Shown here: positions 44,750 through 55,735 of the stretch, piece by piece
How the letters are laid out: each line of letters starts with the position of its first letter
Numbering within the stretch: position 1 is the stretch's first letter
From: Cyanidioschyzon merolae
Lineage: Eukaryota
Assembly: GCA_000091205.1 (NCBI GenBank)
Contig: AP006489.2
Strand: one strand, 5' to 3'
Length of the DNA: 64,000 nucleotides
The notes under the pieces: model-generated
What the model was told of the DNA's origin: nothing
The model's database searches: none
What the model saw: the letters and a program-made list of their open reading frames with translations, nothing else
Translations under genes and position numbers: made by a program

Positions 44750-45990
44750 TTTGCACTAATGTCCTAGTGTCCACAAAAAGAGCATTTGCAGGCTTGTTCT
44801 TTGGCTGCTTTCTTTTTTCCCTCTAATAAATTCGACCTGACAAAGCACCCGTTCGTCGTGTAACTTCAGCCCCGTTCTTACCATTACATGGATGTTAATC
44901 GTAGCCTGCAAGTTCTGATTTTGCAGCTTCCTGCTGGTTACATGCATTTCGGGCACTGGTGGAAGTGGCGATCAACGATTCACTTGCCAGTTTCGTTCTC
45001 TTGATCCAGAGGCTGAGTACGGCATTCGCTGTGGTGACACGCGTATGTGATTAGGTATTCGCAAATGCCCGCCACGACGCCTCCTTCGAGCGCCGCCCTG
45101 TAGCACATGAATTCTTGCTGCCTGGTTCGGTACAAGAGCCCGACGAGTCCTGTGCACTCACCTGGATGCCGTCCTCTGGTTCCACGCGTGGAGCCGTGCC
45201 CCGCGATCAGGGGCATGTTCGGGGCGATCCCGTCAGCGAGGAATTTGTATGCTGCCTGTGCATATGCACGATGTACCATGCCACAGAGGATTGCGGAATA
45301 TGATGTTCTCCATGATGGAGCGCGTACTGGATGGCAACATTCAGGCTGGAGAACAAGTCGATAAATGTCGGTCCGTGGACGAAGCTCCTTCGTCCACAGT
45401 GATAGTGCATCTGCCATTGCAAGCTATCGTTGTGATGCCAGAGACCCGAGTCCGACATCCCTTTCCGCGCAAACTTAACAGACGGGAGCGCGCCTCGGAC
45501 CACATCCTGTGAAAGCATATCATGTCGCAGTCGAATCTGGTATCGTCGGTAGCCACATGAAAGAGGAGATTTTCCTCGGGAACGGAACCAATTATTTGCT
45601 TTGACAATGTCTTCGAAATTGCTGCATGATCTTGTGTACGAGTCGCCAGAACACGATGTCCAGCAACGTGCGTCGTCAATCCAGGGACGCGAACACCAGT
45701 GCCTACAAGCTGTGTTAAGTCGAAAAGCCGAATCCCCGAAGCATACCTCATTTGGGCATGCTGGACGCGGGGTACGGAGAATCATGGATGCCTGTACGAT
45801 TAAAAAACTGAATCATGATATCGAATATGTGATGCAATCCTGTTTTTCACGGATATCGCGAATCAACTTGATGTATTGACTTTACGAACGCCCGCTGCGA
45901 AGAATGCAACAGACCAATTCGATAAGTCGACCACGCATCCTAGAATAACGTTTGGATCCGCAAGCCCTTTTCGTCGCATAGCATCAATGC
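44750..45990 (-). mobile_element. Family-A IS607-like element, diverged copy A4 (minus strand)
   Basis: ORF 45341..45751(-) has VATDDTRFDCDMI (equivalent to A1 AIDDTAFDSSMT). ORF 44980..45417(-) has FMCYRAALEGGVVAGICEYLITYACHHSEC (equivalent to A3 YRSALEGGVVVDIRELLITDKCPSC). Downstream are FHQCPKC (second CxxC) and LQATINIHVMVRTGL at ~44867..44908 (RuvC-III NAAxNI...GL). The 3' tail is homologous to the A1 tail. Confidence 0.55.
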
Positions 45991-46564
45991 AATGCCGTCC
46001 ATCTCAGACAAAAGTTTAGAGAAAGCTCGATGACAGGAACGTTACAAGCATCTCAGTGTTCCATGGGAGTCTGACAACCGCAGAGAGCGCTTCAATGAAT
46101 GGAGGCGATCGACGCTGACATGCGAATGCCGCCCGCAATCAAGCTATCAGCGACTTGTTTTCCGCAACCGCGTCCACAAGCCACAAGTTCGGGATCTCTG
46201 CCTCTCTGAAAAATACCAGTTCAGTTGATCTATGCATGTTGTGAGGTATCGAACCTGAAAACGCTTGCCACACGCGAAGAAACACACTGCAACACACTCC
46301 TTCGGGATGCTTCGGGTATTGAGCGGCGCGCCGGGATCGTTACGGCGCCAGCGCGGCGTCTTGTTCGACACGCCTCACAGCGTCTGAACGTTGTAACTTT
46401 TCGTGTCTTTTGACGAGGTCTGTGGGACTTTTGTGGGCTGCAGAACTCGGAGTGGTTTCTTCCGGGTGCCCTGAGGTCGACCGCAAGGTGTCTTTTTTCA
46501 GGACGACGGGACTCGAGCGCAGTCGTTGCTTCGGTTTTTTTTGTGGTGCACAGCAGCTGCTCGC

Positions 46565-46835
46565 TGTGAAGCTGCACCTCTGCTGCCGGTTACGATTCTC
46601 GTTAGTCGAAGCCTTGACTTGAGAGACGAAGAGCTTTCATTGTCTAAGGCTGCCGACAAGTTGATTTTAAGGCTACCAACATAGCTAACGTTCGCTGTAG
46701 AGACGAACCTGTGTTGCCGGTTGCGATTCTCGCTTGTCGAAGCGTCGACTCAAGGGAGAACCCTCACTATCCAAAGCTACCGACAGCTTTCATTGTCTAA
46801 GGCTCCCGTGTCAACGTTCGCTTTAGAGCTGCATC
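46565..46835. repeat. About 128-bp tandem repeat (about 2.1 units) directly upstream of the HRD1 start codon
   Basis: Units tg(c/t)tgccggtt(a/g)cgattctcg(t/c)t(a/t)gtcgaagc...ctttcattgtctaaggct...cgttcgct(g/t)tagag. These begin at ~46575 and ~46704, with a partial third unit at ~46829. Confidence 0.7.
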
Positions 46836-46838
46836 GCG

Positions 46839-48554
46839 GTGCGTACCTCGACGGACGATATGCGTAGCACCGCAAAGTACGCCGCTATCTCATACTGTGC
46901 GATAGGTTTGATTCTAGGTCATGCTTGGCTGACGCAACCGAACTTTTACCGCGCAACGGCCTACCTTTACAACTCAAAGACTGCCAGGTTTTCCGCGGTG
47001 AATGCTGGGCTCGTCTCGCTCTACCTTGTCGGCCAGCTTGTGCAGCGTCTTCTGCTCGGTGAACTGCGTCTGGTAGAAGCGGAGCGCCTGCACTTGCGAG
47101 CACGCGAATCATTGGTGGAAATGTTCCTTGCGATGACTGTCTTCTCCCGAACAGATTTCCATGCACGGTTTCTCTGCATGTTCGCATGGACCTTTTTTTT
47201 GAAGGTTTTCCATTGGCTCAGCCAGGAACGCCTGGGATACGTTGAGCAACAAGTTATCATGCTCAGCCGTCCGCGCCTGACGCACGCTCGCCTAGTCGTA
47301 CTCTTTTGCTGGTTATTTGTTACCGACGCCTGCATGCTCTGGCACTGTTTACACTTCACGAGCACAAACGGCCCGTCGATCATGGCCATGTTCGCTTTCG
47401 AGTACGCGATTTTGCTAATTGGCCTCCTCAGTCAGATCGTTCGCTATGTTGTCTTCATAATAGACGTGTTTGTGTTAACGGAAGGCACCTGGGACGACAA
47501 AGGTCTCTGGCTTTTTTATAATGAGCTACTCTCCCTGTTTCTGCAGCTGGCTGCATACCTTGCGTTTTTCACCTATGTGCATTTATTCTACAGTCTTCCG
47601 CTGCACATTCTGCGAGACCTAGCAGTGACAGCCCGCACCTTCCGACAGAGGCTCATCGAGTTCATTCGCTATCGCCAAGTGGTGCGATCCATGCACACCC
47701 AGTTCCCGAACGCTACAGAGCAAGAGCTAGCCGCCGGCGACCGAACTTGCATCATCTGTCGCGAGGAGATGTTCGGTGGTGCTGGTGCTAAGAAACTCGT
47801 CTGCGGCCACATTTTCCATCTGCGATGCCTCCGCTCCTGGATGGAACGCAGCATGAGCTGCCCGACGTGCCGGCGAGATATACGTCCTCTGCGGGCGCCA
47901 ACAACGAGTGCACGTCCCACTGCTTCATCTGGTGCCGCTACGCACCACGACGACGGAGCGCGGCGAAACGCTCCGGGTAGCCTCAGTACGCGGCCGCAAC
48001 GAGGCGCGACTGCGCCCATCGAAGCGCCAGCGACGGCTGCACGACGGGTCGACACGTCAGCAGTGCCGGCGAGTACGCAGCAGCGAATGCGCCCTTCGAC
48101 GGCATCTGCCGACAGGGAGGCTTCCGATCCGGAGCATCTCTCCAGAAACGAATGGAATGCACATTCTGGGCGTCCGCCGTGGACCACAGCACGCTTAACG
48201 GAGATGCCGCCACCGTCGTCGTCAACGTCAACGCCAGCACCACCACCACCGTCGTCGCCGCCACCACCACCACCACCTCCTCCTCAGTTGCTTGCGGTGC
48301 TCGAATATATCGCACAGACAGCACCGCATGCCGACGTGCAGTGTTCCCCGCTGCCACCGACGAGCACCCCAGCCCAACCGACTCGAACGCATACCACACC
48401 GGCATCGTACGCGCGCCCTCGAAGTGCAACTATCGAAGATGCCCGTCGACTACAACGGCAGTTGGATGATCTCTCTAGTGTGATGCGTAATCTCATTGAA
48501 CGACTCGAGCACGAGCTTGAGGACAGGGACGCGGAGCAAATCGAGCGTCGTTGA
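46839..48554 (+). CDS. HRD1: ERAD E3 ubiquitin ligase HRD1/synoviolin-like (multi-TM + RING-H2)
   Basis: Polytopic N-terminus similar to Hrd1 (…FLAMTVFSRTDFHARFLCMFAWTFFLKVFHWLSQERLGYVEQQ…). RING-H2: CIICREEMFGGAGAKKLVCGHIFHLRCLRSWMERSMSCPTCRRDI. Pro/Ser-rich C-terminus. Confidence 0.8.
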   Translation: MRTSTDDMRSTAKYAAISYCAIGLILGHAWLTQPNFYRATAYLYNSKTARFSAVNAGLVSLYLVGQLVQRLLLGELRLVEAERLHLRARESLVEMFLAMTVFSRTDFHARFLCMFAWTFFLKVFHWLSQERLGYVEQQVIMLSRPRLTHARLVVLFCWLFVTDACMLWHCLHFTSTNGPSIMAMFAFEYAILLIGLLSQIVRYVVFIIDVFVLTEGTWDDKGLWLFYNELLSLFLQLAAYLAFFTYVHLFYSLPLHILRDLAVTARTFRQRLIEFIRYRQVVRSMHTQFPNATEQELAAGDRTCIICREEMFGGAGAKKLVCGHIFHLRCLRSWMERSMSCPTCRRDIRPLRAPTTSARPTASSGAATHHDDGARRNAPGSLSTRPQRGATAPIEAPATAARRVDTSAVPASTQQRMRPSTASADREASDPEHLSRNEWNAHSGRPPWTTARLTEMPPPSSSTSTPAPPPPSSPPPPPPPPPQLLAVLEYIAQTAPHADVQCSPLPPTSTPAQPTRTHTTPASYARPRSATIEDARRLQRQLDDLSSVMRNLIERLEHELEDRDAEQIERR

Positions 48555-49499
48555 AGCACGCTTTTCCCCAGGGCTTCTGGACATCTGCGCGCCCTCGCGA
48601 AGCGTCACTTTCATGCGCTCCGCTGCACTGTCCACTCGGGGTCCTTCTAGGTTTCAAGATGCTCGCTGTATGCCCTTGGGGAAGGGGTAGCGTCACGGTG
48701 CGGCCGTAGAGCGGCGGTCGCTGTGAGCGCCCGCTCGGGAAGTGACGGCCCCGCGTTGCTCCCTTTTTGTGCCTAAACCCGAACGTCGATGATATGCTTC
48801 CCGGATGAAGACCGAATGAGTACGCCTTTGCGGAATCGAGTGTCGCAGCCACGGCAGCCGTCCAGAGCCGTGCTGTGCTGCTGAACACTCAGCGATGCGC
48901 ATGGCTTCAGGTTCTCGACCTCAGTTCGGTGCCGCTCACTCCACCACTTGTATTCCCTGTGCACTCTGCTCTGCCGTCTAACAGCAGAGCAGCCAGCCGC
49001 GTGTCGACCTGGGGTTCGCTTGACTCGACGCCAGTCGGTTCTAGGCGCTCAGACATCGGCGCTGCCTCCCGCGGTTCAGAGCGAGCTCTGTCTAGGTCTA
49101 CGGGGTTTCTGAAACCGGCACTCTCCATCTTTCGGAAACACCAAAGTTGGAAGCTCTCGAATACGTGCGGTCTCGACCGCTGCGATCCGTCTGCGAGCAC
49201 CTGCGGTGGTGGATGGATGAAGAGCACAGCAAACGCTGCGCTGCACACCGTAGCGAGCATGGTCACCGCCCGCAGCACCCGGTGTGTCCGCGGAAAGCCT
49301 GCTGGAGGGTCCACCAGTTCGCCCAACGGCTCTGAAGGCGTTTCTAAACGCTTCCAGCCCATGGAGCAGGCCACCACCTCAGACCAAACGTCTCCTGTCT
49401 CAAAGAAGGCGCTGCAAATGCTTGCGCTTCAGGTGGTGCAGCAGCGACGCGAGCCGGGATGCCCGTTCGTTTTTCAGCGTCTCGGGCCAGTGCGCCTGA

Positions 49500-50800
49500 C
49501 CAGACGCTCATGCAACCAAGTCAGAGGATGATGAGACCGGTCTACCAGCTCCGACTTGCATACTAAAGTGCAGGTCTGCTTCTTATGTCATCAGTACCGT
49601 CCATTGGGGGCTATTTTTGTCGAACGCTCCATTTTTCGCCGCTCGTGCATCCGGTTCTTGAGGAGCCGGTCGCTGACGTCGCTCCAGCTCCGGTGTCAGC
49701 TGTCGAAAGCTGATCATCGGAGCGTCGAGGTCACGATTCTGTTGCGTTCGACTGTTGTCAAGGTGCTCTATGCACGGATGGTGTCTGCGATTCACGAGCA
49801 CTCTGGTATGCACCCTCGATACCCGCTCCGCGGCTGCTATGCTTGGCTATGGCCAAGTCCTTCCATATGTCCACCATATCCGCTGGTCAGAGCGTCAGTC
49901 TGAGCTGAACGAACGCTTGCTTTTTCGCCCAGCATATATCCCTGAGGATTACAGAGAGAGCATGCATCACTCGATGCGCTTCTCTGTCAACGCACCCGGT
50001 GCCGTGCTCCGGGATCGCGGGCTTCTTCTGCGGACATCTCCTCGGCGAGGACATTGTCTTATGCACGCGCAAGCGCATGCTGTTCCATTCGATAGAGGAT
50101 ATGTGGAATCCGACGTCGTCCATGACGATACATGTACCGAGAGGAAAATCCAGGCTGGAGGCCAAACCCGTGAATTTGTATCCGTCTCCTGCTTTATACC
50201 TGGGAATCGATGTCGCACGCTCCACTAGCAGCGATCGCTGGAATGAAAAAAAAGCACGGCTCCAGGGCGCTCTTCACCGGAAATAGAAGAGAAGGAAGTC
50301 ACAGGAAGCGTATCCCCTGAACGGCATCACATGGCTGTCGAATGCAGTTTCGTCGGTAGATAGAAACACGGGAGGATTTGTCTTTCGAACGGAATCGATT
50401 ATCTGACGTTACACGATCAGTGAATTTTCCGGATGATCTTGTGATCAAGTCGTCAAGTGACCATGTGCAGTTTTTGTTCCTCGAAAATCGAGCAGCACAA
50501 GTCGCTGATCCCACGCGCTCCCCTGAAGCAGAAGAATCGACGAATAGAAAAATACCTGATTAGAGTATGGCATACGTAAGGAAAGCAGAAGCGTGGAGAC
50601 ACTTACCTCCTTGTCGAATCGTTATATGCCGGTTACATTTAGGAACTCTTGTTCGATAGCTTTGTGAATCATTCTGATTCCAGCGACGTAATGAATTCCA
50701 ACGAAAAGGCATCGAAAGAGCCATTTTGAAAATACGACCGAGCATCCTAAAATAACGTATGAAGCCGTACGCCCCGATTGCTCCACTTGGACCATGGATG
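49500..50800 (-). mobile_element. Family-A IS607-like element, diverged copy A5 (minus strand, internal deletion)
   Basis: The + strand 50400-50800 is homologous to 45600-45990, the 5' part of A4. ORF 49887..50225(-) has CIVMDDVGFHISS (equivalent to AIDDTAFDSS). ORF 49583..49813(-) has LVNRRHHPCIEHLDNSRTQQNRDLDAPMISF. This is homologous at DNA level to the A3 LITDKCPSCKW...RDLNAAFSVV, with RuvC-III-like at ~49706..49738. Confidence 0.45.
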
Positions 50801-51722
50801 CTATGCATCTGACACTAGTTCCAGAAACAAGTCACAAGGTAGGAATAAAACACCCAGGTCAGTGTCCCATGGTTATCAAACACGGCTGTCGCTTGACCTC
50901 CTAGCGCTGAGCAGCGCAACCACACGACAAGGCCCCCAGACGTGTATCGCTAGACCGCTTTGAAGGCTACTGGTCTGTCTCCGCGGCATTCGAGCCCAGC
51001 CCTGCATACACGCCTGTGGCGCTCTCGCGGGCTAGGGTCTCAGGTCAATACCGAGCGGTATGCGTAGGAGCAATATCACGAACGATGCCCGGAACGCTAC
51101 ACTAGCAACGCCCTCTGAGATCCAGGGAAACTTGGTTTTTTTTCGAGTCCAAGACGTAGCATCTGTCACTGATGGATCTCCTGTTGCTCTGTGCGGTAAA
51201 ACCTGGTGCGCTGTTGTGTCTGCCGTTTACGTAGGCATCTCTTCGTGATTAGGGAGTAGGAATGCTACGCAGAAAGCACCTTCCTGAAGCATGGCGTTCG
51301 CTGCACGACGAGTTTCTGAAGCGAAGCTACCGGCGCATAGGCGTACCAGGTATGCACCAAAAGACTCCAAAAACGCTCCATTAATTCTAGATTTTCTTCA
51401 TCAAACGCTCATTCTGGGTTAGAGATCGTCTCTAGATCCGTGTCGACGGACACGGAACACTGCTGCAGACCCGCGTGTTCTTTCCGCAACACCTGTTGAC
51501 GTGCTGGAAGGCCTCGCTGAGGCTGCGTAACTGGCGACACGCGTCGCCGCTTGAACAGCGTTCCTAGCAGTAAGCTCGTTTCCAATTGATCGGTTTCATG
51601 GAACTGCAATTCAGACCGAGTACCGTTGCCTAAAACGAGCACTCGTTTACCTGGCTCCGCCCTATGGATGTCTTTTCGTGAAAACGCGCGTCCACAAGCG
51701 CCCACTGCCTTGTTCGCGCGCT

Positions 51723-54700
51723 TTACGCTTGATGCCCAGCGAGGTGAACGAGCTCAGCACGTCCGCTCTGTAACCAGGTGACATAGACCCGGTGCTCAGC
51801 GTCCCGAACATGCAGCTCTTTCACATTGAGCGATACCAGGGGGCCGTGAAACACCTGTGCGGCCTGGTTGTCGGCCTGGGCCTCGGGGGAGCCGCTCGCG
51901 AGCCCCACGTAGACAGCCCCCGAGGTACTGCCCTTGGGTAGGACTCGAACCGCGACCTGGTCGCCTCTGTGCAACTGCATACCGCGATAGAAGAGCGTGC
52001 CCCGGGAGACAAACGCATCGGGGTCACCGCCGACGGGAAACTCAGGCATAGGGATCGGCTTTTCGTCAGCAGGTACCGCTGTTACCGCTGAAGGTTGCGC
52101 GGCAGCGATATCCGGTGTTCCAGGGCTCAGCGCTGTACCTGGGTGCCCAGCGTCACCGGTGTTCACACGAGGCTCAGAAACCTGCGGAGTACGTGGAGAC
52201 GCTGAACGCTCCGGTGCATTATCCGGCACTGGAGCGGGAGCGACCGCCTCCACCGCAAACTGGTTCGCTTCGCGTGTCGAAGCATGCTGCGTCTGCAGCG
52301 GGGCAGCAGCACCTGCGACTCGTCCAGAGGAGGTATCGCTCTTCGCCACGGACGAGTCTGGCGCTTTGTCTGCCGCTGATTCGTTGGGTGCAGATTCCGA
52401 TTTCAGCGGTCTCGTCATCGCAGGAGAGGACGCTAGAGAGCGCCCGGCTTGTTCAGCGTTGTGCTCGAAGCCTGGATGTACCGTACTGGAGACAGTTCCT
52501 ACATTCGATCGCGGAGCAGCGGTAGAACTCGAAGACGACGATACGTCGTTTTCGGGCTCCGGTGGTGGGTGCACTGGCCTCTTGTCCCTGGCCGATGTTG
52601 GCGGTTTGCGTACCTTGTTCGTGCTGGGCCGCGGCGGCACCCCGGCGTTGGAGCCACGATCACCAGCACCAGTGGGTTCCAGCGGGGGCCGCTTCCGAGG
52701 TCGACCACGCTTCCCCGTTGAACGTGCATCCGATGAGGTACCAGCGTCGTGTGCGCCTGCCGAGCCTCGTGCTGCTTTCGGTGCAGCAACATGTCCGGAC
52801 GTTGGCGTAGTAGAAGCAGCAGTAGCAACAGTAGTAGTAGCAGAGCGTCCGACGGCGCCAGTCCGCGGCTGCTCCGGCGGCAGTTCTCGAGTCGCATTCC
52901 CGGGCCGTGCTCCCAAGCGGTGTGCGGGTTGGTCGCGCTGTACCAGACCAACCGCTAGACGAGAGCGCTGTTTCTGGTCATTCCAGTCGATACCCAAGTC
53001 ACCGGCAGCAGACAACGAACCGTTTCCGATGGCTGCCGTGCCAGCTGCTGGAGCTCGGTGCGCGCTCGACTGGGTCCCGGTCTCGGCGATGCTGCTGCGC
53101 TCGTGCGAATGTCGAGCTCCAGTGGACTGCCGGTTAGAGGCGCGAGCCCGAGCGCCCGTTTGGCGACCAGTTGGACCGCTCGGTGCTCGACCGGCGCTGG
53201 TCAGCAGCTGGCCGTCTGTAGCGGTTTCGTTTCCAGAGGCACCAGGGGCGCGCCCAGCATGCGCGTTGCCCGCCTTAGCTCTACGACGCAAGGCGGTGAT
53301 CGCTCGCTGGACTTCACGGAGGTCGTCGGAAGCCTCGCCAGGCTCCAGACCCAGACTCACTGGACGACGTTCCAGCAGCAAGAGGCTCTCTTCTGGCGTC
53401 AGGTTCGCAGCCGTACCCATTGCAGCCGGGGAAGCGCCTCGTGGGCGTGCGGGTAACAGTTGATAGGGGACACCAGCAAAACCCGGTGGAATCATAACCG
53501 GCGGTTGGCCGAAAAGCACCATAGGATCCCGGTCCAGCTGACAAGCGATTCGATACCGTCGTTGTCGTTGAAACGCTGCTTCCAGCAGGCGCTCTCGAAG
53601 CGACTCCTCCGCCACCAGGTACTGGTGCTCGACTTCCCGGAAACGAGCTTGCGCGTACTTGTGCAAATACGCTTGCTGTAGTTCAAAGTTCCGTTGGATT
53701 CGATTTTCTAAAGCATATCGCCGTCGTTCCAAGTCCACCAGATCCGCAATGAACATATGAGCCAAAGCAAAAGAATCAGCGTATTCCTTGGGGGTTTCCG
53801 CTGCCAGTGCGCCAATGGTTTGTTTCACGAGCTCCATGACCTGTTGTTGAGCCATCTCGAGGCCATTTGTGCCATCACAACTGTTCGCTCGTACCATCTC
53901 ATCAGTTGAAATGGATCCCTCATTTGACTGGGTCTTTGGAACGGTGGCAGTGTCGGCTGCTGCATCAGCCGCAGCGTCCTCATTGACAGCCACCGGTGCT
54001 GAGACAACAGGTTGCCCGCCCGTGTCCTCTACCGCGAAACTGGGCAGTGTTTGCGCTATGCGTACGAGAAGTTCAGCTTCTTCTCGAACGCGTGCTAATG
54101 CTCTCTCTAGCTCGAGCTGTTGCTTTGCACGTTCTTCTACGGATAGGGCTGCAATCGACGCAGCGTTCTCGTCCTCTGCAACTGAACCTTCGCAAGGACC
54201 AGAAGCAGGAGCAGTAGAGCGGGCAGCGCCTGGAGCATTGGCGGATGGTGCGGCACGGCTTGTGCGTCCCGTTGTTTCCGCTCGAGATGCATTCAGTGTC
54301 GATTCACTCGAGAATGCCTCATCATCATCATCATCATCATCATCACCATCGTCACCTGCATCATGATCTGTACCGATGCTGGTTTCCGATACCGAAGCAG
54401 ATCCTGAGGCTGTCTGCTTCTCTGCGGTTCGTTCGGTCAACGCTCGTGTACTGGCACGAGCAGCTCGTTTCGCAGCGCTCTGCGAGGCTTGCCCGCTCCG
54501 ACGCGAGCGCCGAAGACCCACCAGCACCGCCATGGCATCCTTGCCAGACCGCTGAGCAAGTTGCTCCGACGAACTAGAGTCCTCATCAGCGGACTGGTGC
54601 TGCTCCGCTGCGGGCATGTGGACTGACGCTGCCTTTCCCTGAGACGAGTGCCCTTTTGCTCGCTCTCTGGTGCTGGACGTCTGACGAAGGTTTCGTCGCA

Positions 54701-54923
54701 ATCGGCTCTGAGCCTGCTCCTCTCCTGCCGCTGCCTCTGGTTGAGTTTGACCCTGACCGGGTGCCGAGCTTTCGACGAATCGCTCTTTGGAGCTGCTGCG
54801 GCTGCCGCGTCTGCTCGGCTGAAGTGCCCCGACTTTCGAACCGGTGCGAGCAAGCTTTGCAGACTTGGGCGCTGAGGCGGCCTTGGCACTCGCGTCCACT
54901 GAGCGACGCTTGCGACTGGTCAT
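51723..54923 (-). CDS. Large low-complexity nuclear-type protein (possible Sds3/BRMS1-like central domain)
   Basis: 1066 aa, Ala/Ser/Pro/Arg-rich with poly-Asp. One structured region: ELVKQTIGALAAETPKEYADSFALAHMFIADLVDLERRRYALENRIQRNFELQQAYLHKYAQARFREVEHQYLVAEESLRERL. The long in-frame ORF in a GC-rich region could be partly artefactual, but the compositionally protein-like core supports a gene. Confidence 0.35.
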   Translation of the reverse strand: MTSRKRRSVDASAKAASAPKSAKLARTGSKVGALQPSRRGSRSSSKERFVESSAPGQGQTQPEAAAGEEQAQSRLRRNLRQTSSTRERAKGHSSQGKAASVHMPAAEQHQSADEDSSSSEQLAQRSGKDAMAVLVGLRRSRRSGQASQSAAKRAARASTRALTERTAEKQTASGSASVSETSIGTDHDAGDDGDDDDDDDDEAFSSESTLNASRAETTGRTSRAAPSANAPGAARSTAPASGPCEGSVAEDENAASIAALSVEERAKQQLELERALARVREEAELLVRIAQTLPSFAVEDTGGQPVVSAPVAVNEDAAADAAADTATVPKTQSNEGSISTDEMVRANSCDGTNGLEMAQQQVMELVKQTIGALAAETPKEYADSFALAHMFIADLVDLERRRYALENRIQRNFELQQAYLHKYAQARFREVEHQYLVAEESLRERLLEAAFQRQRRYRIACQLDRDPMVLFGQPPVMIPPGFAGVPYQLLPARPRGASPAAMGTAANLTPEESLLLLERRPVSLGLEPGEASDDLREVQRAITALRRRAKAGNAHAGRAPGASGNETATDGQLLTSAGRAPSGPTGRQTGARARASNRQSTGARHSHERSSIAETGTQSSAHRAPAAGTAAIGNGSLSAAGDLGIDWNDQKQRSRLAVGLVQRDQPAHRLGARPGNATRELPPEQPRTGAVGRSATTTVATAASTTPTSGHVAAPKAARGSAGAHDAGTSSDARSTGKRGRPRKRPPLEPTGAGDRGSNAGVPPRPSTNKVRKPPTSARDKRPVHPPPEPENDVSSSSSSTAAPRSNVGTVSSTVHPGFEHNAEQAGRSLASSPAMTRPLKSESAPNESAADKAPDSSVAKSDTSSGRVAGAAAPLQTQHASTREANQFAVEAVAPAPVPDNAPERSASPRTPQVSEPRVNTGDAGHPGTALSPGTPDIAAAQPSAVTAVPADEKPIPMPEFPVGGDPDAFVSRGTLFYRGMQLHRGDQVAVRVLPKGSTSGAVYVGLASGSPEAQADNQAAQVFHGPLVSLNVKELHVRDAEHRVYVTWLQSGRAELVHLAGHQA
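54330..54365. repeat. (CAT)n microsatellite (coding, poly-Asp on the minus-strand gene)
   Basis: catcatcatcatcatcatcatcatcaccatcgtcacc. Confidence 0.8.
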
Positions 54924-55735
54924 TGCTGCGGAATCGTTTCGTCGTTCGGTGCCTGCTCACGCCCGCAACGGTATGAAACTGAAGCGGTGTCTCGATGCGT
55001 AGCAAGCGCCTGGTCGCTTGCGTCTCAGAGGTCACGTTTCCGAGCCGCTGCTCGTGAACGCAACGCTGGACGCTTTTGAAAGCGCACCCACGAAAGTTTC
55101 CGACGAACACGAGTGCCTCAATGAAAGGTGACCGTGCAAGATACCAGGCGAATGTTCGACAGGAAGTAGCTAGGGATACGCCTGTAGCCACAGCAGCGGC
55201 AACAGCGGTAACAGCTTTTCGTAGCCGTGTGCCCCGTTCCCGAAGCGCAACACCCTGGACAGGTATTCGACTCGGAGTCGGGCGCTGCGCTCTATTCCAC
55301 GCTATCAAGACGTCTCTTGGGTTAGAGTAGAGACGGTTCGGCAGACGTGTCGCTTAAGCGTGCTGATTTCCTTAGAATCCTAGCGTCTACGAAGGCGGCT
55401 CACAGCGCTATCGTTGAGGCTTTGGACGCGTTCTGGAGTAGCAGCAGCAGCAGCAGCAGCAGTTTGTTTCCCGGGCACTGCAAGTTCCGAGTCCAAGAGC
55501 TGAAATCGCAACGTAAAATCGCTAGAGCTTGCCCTTCGACTAGAGTATTTCGTTGATCGAGTTGGCTTCGGTCTTCACTAAGCGTACCCTGTGCTGCTGA
55601 ACGAATCTGGCGTGGTGGCTGCTTCCAAGGCCACAAAGCTGGGCGGAGCGTCCTGAATACCCAACGAGCGCTGGTGCTCAGTCTTTGATTACCACAGCAT
55701 CTCAACTCGACTGGTGACTCGAGCTACGAGCAGGA

